The translations under genes and the position numbers were made by a program. The notes under the pieces are model-generated. The model did not search any database. It was not told the origin of the DNA and saw only the letters and a list, made by a program, of their open reading frames with translations. DNA of 32,000 nt from Nostoc sp. PCC 7120 = FACHB-418. GTDB lineage: Bacteria > Cyanobacteriota > Cyanobacteriia > Cyanobacteriales > Nostocaceae. The DNA lies in assembly GCF_000009705.1 (NCBI RefSeq), contig NC_003240.1, forward strand, positions 30,001 to 62,000. Direction: 5' to 3'. The first letter of the stretch is position 1, and each line of letters begins with the position of its first letter. Of this stretch, positions 9,529-16,776 are shown piece by piece.

Positions 9529-10419
9529 GTGAGCTTAACATCTGAATTAAAAAATAGAAATTCACCTATAAGGGCATGGTTTGACTCTAGACTAAACCAG
9601 ACAGTTATTAAAATGATTACTAGCCATAATCAACTATTAGAAAATCAAGAAATTATCAGAGCAGTTGATGGTGTAGATTTTCCATTGGTAGGAAATGCGA
9701 TCGCCAAAGCACTTGCTAAATATTTAGGAAGCATCTATGAAGATAAAACATGGTTTACTAATTGCCTTGCTCAGGTTGGAGCCAAAGCCCTAAAAATAGA
9801 ATATGCTTTTGATTACTGCATTACAAATTCAACTTCCCTTGAAGAAGAAGCTCTAAAGTGTATGCTGCTGGGTGCATTAGAAAATTATGCGCGTAGCCGT
9901 AACGTTCATGAAATTATTCAACCTTTTCTACAAGGAGAAAAAACCCTTCAACTTGAACCAGAATACTTCAAAAAATGGCTTCCTAGTATTCAAGATACAT
10001 CTCAAATTATCGGTATTTTACCCCGTACTTGGCAAACTGTAGCTAATCAAGTGAATGGAAATATCACCTGCAATGCTTCGTACCCTTTAAGTGAATATCT
10101 TGGAGGTGCTGATTGCCAGATAATCGCTGGAAATACTCTTATTGATGTACGAACAACTGCCAAGAAGCGTCCCTTCTCTCTACAAAATTTTTACCAACAA
10201 ATTAGTTATGTTCTGCTTGATAGCAATGACACCTATCGTATCAATCAACTAGTCTGGTTTTACAGCCGCCAACAATCAGTATTCTTCTATCCCACAAACA
10301 AAATATTCCGCAACTTGCGAGCAACAAGGGAAGAATTTAAGAAAATGATTCTTGATAATTATAAAATAAATAAACTAGCAGAACACAATAGGTGTTTATA
10401 TCTTCCCCAAGAAGGATAA
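9529..10419 (+). CDS. hypothetical protein, possible PD-(D/E)xK-fold nuclease-like
   Basis: 296-aa ORF with a GTG start. The segment GGADCQIIAGNTLIDVRTTAKK resembles the D...(D/E)xK[T] core (hhDhKT) with Arg in place of Lys. The assignment is weak. Confidence 0.45.
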   Translation: MSLTSELKNRNSPIRAWFDSRLNQTVIKMITSHNQLLENQEIIRAVDGVDFPLVGNAIAKALAKYLGSIYEDKTWFTNCLAQVGAKALKIEYAFDYCITNSTSLEEEALKCMLLGALENYARSRNVHEIIQPFLQGEKTLQLEPEYFKKWLPSIQDTSQIIGILPRTWQTVANQVNGNITCNASYPLSEYLGGADCQIIAGNTLIDVRTTAKKRPFSLQNFYQQISYVLLDSNDTYRINQLVWFYSRQQSVFFYPTNKIFRNLRATREEFKKMILDNYKINKLAEHNRCLYLPQEG

Positions 10420-10423
10420 GAAT

Positions 10424-10624
10424 ATGATTCAAGATTTTCAACTTAACCCTAGTTTCAATATTTACTTTGAGGGCATGGAGTATCACGCTAAGATCCACTT
10501 TGATGATGCTTTTGAAACTGAAGCAGAAGAAATTGCAGCAAGTGATATTAGCACTCTTGCTGCTAAAGTCTCTAACCGTTGGCGGCAGTATCTTCTAAGT
10601 ATTGCAAATAAATATAAGCAGTAA
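10424..10624 (+). CDS. small acidic hypothetical protein (66 aa)
   Basis: ATG lies 4 nt after the upstream stop, and a hairpin follows at 10636-10655. No family recognised. Confidence 0.4.
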   Translation: MIQDFQLNPSFNIYFEGMEYHAKIHFDDAFETEAEEIAASDISTLAAKVSNRWRQYLLSIANKYKQ

Positions 10625-10697
10625 TCGAACAATTAGCCCTCTCCAAGCAGAGGGTTAACTTAACAAATAAAATTCAAAATTTGCTTGTTTAAATACT

Positions 10698-12116
10698 ATG
10701 AAAGTAGGTTTCTATCCAGTACTAGGTAAGAGCGATTTTGTCAGAAGCAAGGGTGAAAAAATCCCGATTTGGCAGTTGCTTGAGTATCAGCCTGCGGGCT
10801 GGCTATACTCACTCGCTACAAAAGCAGAAATTGTTCCAGATAGTCTGATTATTCATGACTGTGGGTCGTTTAACTACCGCGACCAAGATATTCCTACTCT
10901 CAACGGTAAATATGTTGATGCCCACTGGTCTATTCATAGATATCGAGAACGTTCAAAAGTTGGCGATATTATTGTTTGTCCTGACCATTTACTTGTAGGG
11001 GAAAATATTAGAGAACGGCAAGAATATAACCTTCAACAAGCAAAAACATTTATCCAACTTGCTAAAACTTATCTTCCCAATAGAATCCCCCTAGCAGTCA
11101 TCCACGGGCAGTCTCTTAGTGAACGCCTCGAAGTAGCAAAATATCTTCTGGGGCTGGGATACCGCCATCTCGGTATCGGTGGCCTTGTTCCCCAGGCGAG
11201 GGAGTATTCAACTAACTTGCACATTATCAAAACAATCACTGAGGTTGTGCGTTCACGAAGTGACTCGGAACGAGTATCGCCGTTCGCGAAGCGTGTCCGA
11301 CAGGACAAGGCGGGCGTTTCGCGATCGCACAGCGACTCCGCAGGAGTATCGCACGAGCCAAATGTTCATCTACACGTTTTTGGACTATGTTCGCCTCAGT
11401 ATGCCAAAGCTTTTACTCAGATGGGATTATCCTTTGATGGTTCAACTTTTATCCGAGAAGGACTAGGCGGTGGGATGTTCGTCAGCCACGAGGAAAAATT
11501 AATTCGGATGCCAGCTTACTGCACGCCAAAGTGCAACTGTCATGTTTGCAGGGTTCTCAACCGACATAGGATTGACCCTCGGCTAACAAACAAAGGACGG
11601 ACGCATACTATGGGAAGAATCGTCCACAACCTCAATCTGGCGATCGGCACTTACAGAAAGTTCACTCCCAAGGAAAAAATCTACCTGGTTGCTGGATGTG
11701 GCAAGCAGCTTCCCTACTCTGCTGCCGCCAAAGACTTATATTGTTCGCAGCACTTTCAAGCTGGCCGTCGCTACGTAGAAGAAAAAGAATCAAGATGGTA
11801 TATCCTGTCACCTTTACATCAAGTTCTTAACCCAGAAACAATCATCAAGCCCTACGATAAATCCCCCTATTCCTTATCTCATCAGGAACGTATACTATGG
11901 GCGCAACAAGTAGCAGAAAACCTCATACAAGTTGCATCTTTGGAAATAGAGTTTGTGTTCTTGACGGGCAAGCTTTACAGACAGGAGGTAACACCCATTT
12001 TACAAGCGAAGGGATACGAGATAAAAGTACCTATGCAGCACCTAGCGATTGGACAGCAACTTGCTTGGATAAAGAAGGAACTGGAGCAAGAAAAACAGCT
12101 TGTTTTAAATATTTAA
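10698..12116 (+). CDS. tRNA-guanine transglycosylase superfamily (DpdA-like) protein fused to a C-terminal DUF6884-like domain
   Basis: TGT hallmarks are present: IIHDCGSF (cf. DSGGF), LGIGGLVP, the Zn site CNCHVC (CxCxxC, nt 11532-11549) and then IVHNLN. The C-terminal ~140 aa are KIYLVAGCGKQ..AKDLYCSQHF..WYILSPLHQVLNPETIIKPYDKS..LTGKLYRQ..IGQQLAWI. These fit the DUF6884 pattern as I remember it. Confidence 0.7.
   Translation: MKVGFYPVLGKSDFVRSKGEKIPIWQLLEYQPAGWLYSLATKAEIVPDSLIIHDCGSFNYRDQDIPTLNGKYVDAHWSIHRYRERSKVGDIIVCPDHLLVGENIRERQEYNLQQAKTFIQLAKTYLPNRIPLAVIHGQSLSERLEVAKYLLGLGYRHLGIGGLVPQAREYSTNLHIIKTITEVVRSRSDSERVSPFAKRVRQDKAGVSRSHSDSAGVSHEPNVHLHVFGLCSPQYAKAFTQMGLSFDGSTFIREGLGGGMFVSHEEKLIRMPAYCTPKCNCHVCRVLNRHRIDPRLTNKGRTHTMGRIVHNLNLAIGTYRKFTPKEKIYLVAGCGKQLPYSAAAKDLYCSQHFQAGRRYVEEKESRWYILSPLHQVLNPETIIKPYDKSPYSLSHQERILWAQQVAENLIQVASLEIEFVFLTGKLYRQEVTPILQAKGYEIKVPMQHLAIGQQLAWIKKELEQEKQLVLNI
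11253..11360. repeat. GC-rich small dispersed repeat block inserted in frame in the TGT-like gene
   Basis: ~108 nt of high GC contain a HIP1 site (11321-11328). Two imperfect direct repeats are present: AGTGACTCGGAACGAGTATCGC and AGCGACTCCGCAGGAGTATCGC. The block encodes RSRSDSERVSPFAKRVRQDKAGVSRSHSDSAGVSHE between two conserved TGT blocks. Confidence 0.65.
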
Positions 12117-12144
12117 CCCAGCAGTAATAACACCAAAATGATTT

Positions 12145-12987
12145 ATGGAGACTACAAAGCGAGTAATTAATATAAGTGGAAAATTCGGTAGTTGGACTGT
12201 ATTAGAAAAACAAGGAAAGCAAGTATTGTGTAAGTGTGATTGTGGAATTCAAAAACTTGTCTATAGTCACACTCTCACCAATGGTCGCTCAACTAACTGC
12301 GGTTGTAAGAAAAGAAAAGAATCTATCCCAGTTGGTGCAAATTTTGGGAGACTAACAGTAATATCTGATGTAGAAGTTAAGGGGAAAAGGGGTGAACTAC
12401 TCCTCCTTACCTTATGCAGATGCGGAATCCAAAAATATGTTAGTAAAAATAGCTTAAAAAGAGGTCTTACGCAAAGTTGCGGCTGTTTGCAACGCGACAG
12501 CCTCAAGACCGATAAAACTATCCACGGTCACTGCAAAAGCCACGAGTATAACTCCTGGTTACACATCAAGCGTATCTGCTATAACAAGAACCACCATCAG
12601 TACAAATATCATGGCGGGTGTGGAATTGAAGTTGATGCATCCTGGCGTGATAATTTTACCCAATTTCTAAAAGATATGGGATTAGCACCCGAAGGAACAG
12701 TTATATCTCGTATTGATCAAGAGAGTGATTTTGCCCCCGAAAATTGTTTATGGATACCCAGAAAAGAACATTATCGTCAAATACATTTATTAAGAAGAAG
12801 AGAATTCTTTATTTCTCCAACTTTACCTAAACCAGTTGTTACCAATAGTGAGATTAATGTTTCACCAAACATTGTTCGAGCAATCATTAAAGAGCATGCA
12901 AATGGTGAAGCCAACATGAATAAACTTGCTACACAATATAAAATCAGCACTCAAGACGCAATAAATATTATCCTTCACCACGTTTAA
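12145..12987 (+). CDS. duplicated Cys-rich Zn-ribbon protein with phage-type conserved module and C-terminal HTH-like tail
   Basis: Two repeats are seen: CKCDCGIQKLVYSHTLTNGRSTNCGC and CRCGIQKYVSKNSLKRGLTQSCGC. The block HEYNSWLHIKRICYNKNHHQYKYHGGCGIEVDASWRDNFTQFLKDMGLAPEGTVISRIDQESDFAPENCLWIPRKEH follows. This matches a motif pattern (Y..W..M..RC...Y..YGGRGI.V...W..F..F..DMG..P.G.S.DRID..G.Y.P.NC.W) common in phage and plasmid ORFs. Confidence 0.6.
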   Translation: METTKRVINISGKFGSWTVLEKQGKQVLCKCDCGIQKLVYSHTLTNGRSTNCGCKKRKESIPVGANFGRLTVISDVEVKGKRGELLLLTLCRCGIQKYVSKNSLKRGLTQSCGCLQRDSLKTDKTIHGHCKSHEYNSWLHIKRICYNKNHHQYKYHGGCGIEVDASWRDNFTQFLKDMGLAPEGTVISRIDQESDFAPENCLWIPRKEHYRQIHLLRRREFFISPTLPKPVVTNSEINVSPNIVRAIIKEHANGEANMNKLATQYKISTQDAINIILHHV

Positions 12988-13006
12988 CTATCAATTTATT
13001 TTTAAT

Positions 13007-13046
13007 AAAAGTGCGCCATCAATTAAAAAGGCGCACTTTTTATTTT
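13007..13046 (+). terminator. Rho-independent terminator
   Basis: Stem AAAAGTGCGCC (13007-13017) pairs with GGCGCACTTTT (13030-13040) across a 12-nt loop. It is followed by TTTTTATTTT and lies 20 nt after the stop at 12987. Confidence 0.8.
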
Positions 13047-13350
13047 ACAACAAGCATTTAGTTTTAAAAAGTACATCAAATTGATAGTAGATTAATTACC
13101 ACAATTGTTACACACATCAGCAAGGTAGACATTGATTATGAGTGATTCAGGAAATAATCACTAATATCTAAAGTGTTGTACCTGAGTATAAAGTTTACTG
13201 CAATGAATAATATTTGCAATTTGAAACTACGTATCCATACAAATACGAAATCATTGTTCAGTAGAAAAAGTAACTAAACTTTCTACCACAGACGAAGCTA
13301 TCAATTAGCTGAACAAGCAAAGCCTCAAGTCAAAATTATAAAACTTGCAC

Positions 13351-13806
13351 ATGATAATACACAACGGCTCTTATATCTGGTTTCATGCAGGACAAACTGC
13401 TAGATGGGGAACTATAAATGCGATTAAAGCATTGCCATACCTAATGATTGCATACCAAATCGACGGACAGTGGTACAGTGACCCCGATTTTTTACCACCC
13501 AAAAATCTAGAAGTAAAACCAACAATCCCTATAAGTTCAGCAATTATTCACATACCAAAAACAACAGTTGAACTACAACCAATTGTTCAATTATGTGCGG
13601 GATTTAGGAACAAAAAAATTCATAGTCTTTGGGTGGTTAATGCTCCAGAGCAGGTATTGAAACATATCTTAGAGTGCAAGCAATGGGACAATATATCACC
13701 CAAGCAACTATTAGAAACTCTGTATGAATTAATTCTTTATGGCTACGAAGTCAAAATACTTCCCGCCAAAAAGGAAACCATATCCCCAATCGAATGGATG
13801 GAATAG
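13351..13806 (+). CDS. hypothetical protein
   Basis: ORF following a ~300-nt AT-rich non-coding region, with ATG at 13351 (TTG at 13345 in the ORF track). No family recognised. Confidence 0.5.
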   Translation: MIIHNGSYIWFHAGQTARWGTINAIKALPYLMIAYQIDGQWYSDPDFLPPKNLEVKPTIPISSAIIHIPKTTVELQPIVQLCAGFRNKKIHSLWVVNAPEQVLKHILECKQWDNISPKQLLETLYELILYGYEVKILPAKKETISPIEWME

Positions 13807-14639
13807 TAATGACTAATAGCAACCAACAACTCACACTTTACTATCCTTGTGTAGTCCAAATTCTAGATCAGTTTGTACAGACAATATCAGTTGAGTTTTG
13901 GATACAGAATCCAATAAACGACAAATGGAATTTGGTAGTCTTGAAAGATGGTGATAGCAGCAGCATGTCGGGTTATACATATGCGACAGCACCACGTAAA
14001 ATGGCATACATTAATGAAGAATATCTATCAATAGAAGCCTTTTTGCAAGCCAAAAAAGAAGAAGGTGTAGACTATCCCATTCGACATAAAAGAACTTATC
14101 TGACAGTTAAGGGTGCTGCATCTCACAAACTATTCTGGACATGGACAAATCCTCAGACCAATAAAATTGAACGCATCCATTGGCATCCTTTAGCTATAAA
14201 AGCAAAGGCAAGTGAAGATGACCAAACTGACTATTCAAATATAACTCCAGTCAAGATTGTAAATGGAAAATTAATTACACTTGAAAAGGAGAATTTACCA
14301 TCAAATAGAGCAGCTTTTTCGGAGTTTCTTGCAGACAGGGAAGAAAACCTCCGCCTTGCACTTGAAGCCCTAAAATCACCCAATCCTGATGCCGCCCTTG
14401 AACTGCTAGCCATCATGGAAGAAATATCCAAAGACTGCTTCTATGCCAGTTGGATTATGGGCAATGGATACAATTTAGCATCAATTCTTAAATCATGGGA
14501 TGGCACTAGCAACGTCAACTACGGCGGTGGGGAAATCACACAGCAACAGTTAGCACTAATGCGCGTTCTTTCTGAACTATCCCAAGGTTGGTGGTTTTGG
14601 GATGAAGATCAGGACACTGGGGTAATTTTCCAAAGTTAA
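13794..14639 (+). CDS. hypothetical protein (alternative start ATG 13809)
   Basis: 281-aa ORF overlapping or abutting the upstream stop, which suggests coupled translation. No family recognised. Confidence 0.55.
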   Translation: MDGIVMTNSNQQLTLYYPCVVQILDQFVQTISVEFWIQNPINDKWNLVVLKDGDSSSMSGYTYATAPRKMAYINEEYLSIEAFLQAKKEEGVDYPIRHKRTYLTVKGAASHKLFWTWTNPQTNKIERIHWHPLAIKAKASEDDQTDYSNITPVKIVNGKLITLEKENLPSNRAAFSEFLADREENLRLALEALKSPNPDAALELLAIMEEISKDCFYASWIMGNGYNLASILKSWDGTSNVNYGGGEITQQQLALMRVLSELSQGWWFWDEDQDTGVIFQS

Positions 14640-14715
14640 ACTTACAGGGGAATCGCCTGATTATTTGGGCTGGGAGTATTGCGATCGCTGTAAAAAATTT
14701 ATTGGTGGGTTAAAC

Positions 14716-15129
14716 TTACAATTCCATATCGCTGTTCCGAATCGGAAAAAACTGATATTGCTTTTGTTGTGCAGCAGCTATTTCTGACGGAGTATTAAAT
14801 ACAGTAGCCTTTGTACCAAGTTGGAGTTCTTGGTATAAAGGCACACCATCACCATCATTATCGCTGAGAAGAATCCTGGTCATGATATGAACAGGGGCAA
14901 CTTGCGCGAGGCGATTCACTACATTAGCAACAAACTCGTTAGATGCATCGCAGCCATCAAGATATCTAATCAACATATCAGCAGTAGCCTCACTCATTTT
15001 GGCTGGGTCTTTTACCCCCGCTTCCACAATAAAGTCATCATAAATAGCTTTCTCACTATCAGTAAAATTTTCCTTGCAAGCTTGCTGGATGATGAATTCA
15101 GCCTGCTGTTGTTGATTTAAAATTGTCAT
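14716..15129 (-). CDS. small acidic hypothetical protein with DNDGDG Ca-binding-like motif
   Basis: 137-aa ORF, the only non-IS gene on the minus strand. I count about 20 Asp/Glu versus 10 Lys/Arg. Motif LSDNDGDGVPLY is present. Confidence 0.5.
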   Translation of the reverse strand: MTILNQQQQAEFIIQQACKENFTDSEKAIYDDFIVEAGVKDPAKMSEATADMLIRYLDGCDASNEFVANVVNRLAQVAPVHIMTRILLSDNDGDGVPLYQELQLGTKATVFNTPSEIAAAQQKQYQFFPIRNSDMEL

Positions 15130-15164
15130 AGTGGTTTTTAGATATTGTTAAAGGAGTAACAAAT

Positions 15165-15407
15165 ATGACACATTATGTTTGCGATTTATATGGCAATACA
15201 AACTGGAATCTTCCAATAGAAGAAGTTGCCGCTAGAACATTCAATACAGAACAAGAAGCAGAACAATGGTTCAAAAATAAGTGTTCTGGTAACAATATTG
15301 AATTTAGTGGCTTCCATGACACTGAACGCTACGTCACCAACTGGGTTTCCTGCAACGGTAAAGAAGTTGGTGAAATCACTAAACGCCCTAGTTCCAATGA
15401 ATTCTAA
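15165..15407 (+). CDS. hypothetical protein (80 aa)
   Basis: ATG is preceded by AAAGGAG (a Shine-Dalgarno-like sequence) at 15150-15156. A hairpin follows at 15418-15446. Confidence 0.5.
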   Translation: MTHYVCDLYGNTNWNLPIEEVAARTFNTEQEAEQWFKNKCSGNNIEFSGFHDTERYVTNWVSCNGKEVGEITKRPSSNEF

Positions 15408-15417
15408 TTAGGAATTC

Positions 15418-15446
15418 AGAAAATTGTTTGTACCAGACAATTTTCT
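15418..15446 (+). terminator. 10-bp perfect hairpin (AGAAAATTGT-N9-ACAATTTTCT), possible terminator/attenuator
   Basis: Inverted repeat read directly. There is no strong U-tract downstream. Confidence 0.3.
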
Positions 15447-15470
15447 CCATCAAATTTAACTCCATATTAA

Positions 15471-16211
15471 ATGACACTCATAGACGGACAATTAATACGA
15501 GAACACGTAAAGCAAGAATGTCAAAAATACAAATCTATTTTTCAAGCATCTCAAAAAGAAGTAGCAATCATCAGATTTGAGGCTTCAGAAAATGCCAGCA
15601 ACGGACTAAGAGCTAGATACGAAGCAGCCAGAATATCAGCAGAACAAAAAGTAGCAACATTCAACGCTATTGGCATTACTCCCAATTATATTGCGCTGTC
15701 AGCCAATATTGCAGTAGAGCAATTTGACAACATTATCCAATCCATTAATGAAAATAGCAAGGTGACTGCTGCTATTGTTCAATACCCAATTCCAGCTAAG
15801 TTTACAAGTTCAATTCAGCTATTAGAACCACAAAAAGATATAGATATCGTCCGCAGACAAAGTAACAATTTCTTTGAAAGTTGTGCTACTGCTGAAGGAA
15901 TCGCCAGAATTGTTGAATCCTACGCACAAAGGGATTCCAATGTTGCAGTTGTCGGCGGAGGTGGTTTTGTAGGTAATGGTGTCATCAAATATTTAGAAGC
16001 CAGTAGAATCAGCTGTTTCTGTTTGGAAGACGGTGATGACTTGAGTAGAACTCAAGCAGCTGACATTGTGGTATCAGTCACCGGAAGACAAGGAATTTTC
16101 ACTCCTTATGTACTCCCGTCTCATCGCTTGATTGTCGATGGTGGCTTTACACCTACTGCTTCTGGTGCTGCTGGGGATGTAGATCGCAGTGCTTATACCG
16201 TTTCACTTTAA
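15471..16211 (+). CDS. divergent FolD-like (methylene-THF dehydrogenase/cyclohydrolase fold) protein, N-terminal 246 aa; gene appears split
   Basis: FolD landmarks occur in order: LIDGQ, AAIVQYPIPA, PQKDIDI, CATAEGI, VAVVGGGGFVGNGV, ADIVVSVTG, IVDGGF and GDVD. The stop TAA (16209-16211) falls exactly where the conserved ITPVPGGVGP block should soon follow. Confidence 0.6.
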   Translation: MTLIDGQLIREHVKQECQKYKSIFQASQKEVAIIRFEASENASNGLRARYEAARISAEQKVATFNAIGITPNYIALSANIAVEQFDNIIQSINENSKVTAAIVQYPIPAKFTSSIQLLEPQKDIDIVRRQSNNFFESCATAEGIARIVESYAQRDSNVAVVGGGGFVGNGVIKYLEASRISCFCLEDGDDLSRTQAADIVVSVTGRQGIFTPYVLPSHRLIVDGGFTPTASGAAGDVDRSAYTVSL

Positions 16212-16293
16212 GTTTGATACAAGTAAGTCGCAGGGGGGCAGGGGGCAGAGAGCAGAGGGAAAGAATTAAAAACCATTAATTTGTATCAATATT
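16210..16293. repeat. MITE-like insert: imperfect 13-nt terminal inverted repeats around a G-rich heptad-like core
   Basis: AAGTTTGATACAA (16210-16222) pairs with TTGTATCAATATT (16281-16293), with a perfect 9-bp core TTGATACAA/TTGTATCAA. The core is GCAGGGG GGCAGGG GGCAGAG AGCAGAG (16230-16257). Confidence 0.5.
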
Positions 16294-16296
16294 TTC

Positions 16297-16776
16297 GTGA
16301 ATTGGTATTACAGCATCCCCCAGAACATTACGCCCGTCCCTGGAGGTGTTGGCCCGATAGAAATGGCAATTTTAGCAGAACGTTTGGTAAAAATGGATTT
16401 GGGCGTAGAACTTGGGAAATGGAACTACCAGCAATTACAGCAAGAACAAATGCAACGCGCTACTATAATTGCCCCCATAGCTAGAGTGTTCTTCGCACAG
16501 CAAGCAACTGCCTATCCTCAATCCATTCGCACAGAGAGAGAAAACCTATTTGTCTTGGAAGGCAGTAACTACCAGATCCGCTTCAATAGCACCACGCAAA
16601 GTTTGATTGTTGCCAGAACCAATGAAAAGCTAACGTTAATTCGGCTATCTCTTGCAAGTAATCAAATTGAAACCGCTAGAGGTATAACAAACGAGGATGT
16701 AACAAGATGGCAACAAATTCAAGCTGCGATCGATTCAACAACAACGCAATCAAATGATAGAGGTATGGAGCTTTGA
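16297..16776 (+). CDS. FolD-like C-terminal fragment (ITPVPGGVGPIEMAIL) plus ~110-aa extension of unknown function
   Basis: The GTG-start ORF is in a different frame from 15471-16211. It begins with the FolD signature block IPQNITPVPGGVGPIEMAILAERL. Confidence 0.55.
   Translation: MNWYYSIPQNITPVPGGVGPIEMAILAERLVKMDLGVELGKWNYQQLQQEQMQRATIIAPIARVFFAQQATAYPQSIRTERENLFVLEGSNYQIRFNSTTQSLIVARTNEKLTLIRLSLASNQIETARGITNEDVTRWQQIQAAIDSTTTQSNDRGMEL

Noticed and set aside
9529-10624. The 296-aa plus 66-aa gene pair considered as a toxin-antitoxin or nuclease-immunity pair.
   Set aside because: Only adjacency supports it. No toxin or antitoxin family motif was recognised.
16229-16262. G-rich tract GCAGGGGGGCAGGGGGCAGAGAGCAGAGGGA as a G-quadruplex.
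   Set aside because: Only three separated runs of three or more G are present. A canonical four-run G4 cannot form without splitting a run with a zero-length loop.
16221-16316. The gap in the FolD-like gene begins GTAAGT and ends TTACAG, like a spliceosomal intron.
   Set aside because: The context is bacterial (HIP1, IS630/ISAzo13, T4SS). The gap is ~85-100 nt with no group I/II intron structure. Terminal inverted repeats point to a MITE-like insertion instead.
16765-16773. Several proteins end in [M/V]-E-L: DRGMEL at 16776, NSDMEL for the minus gene ending at 14716, and SREVEL at 9312. This could be a shared C-terminal secretion signal.
   Set aside because: There are only three cases among ~35 ORFs, with no surrounding conservation. 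This cannot be separated from chance without a genome-wide test.
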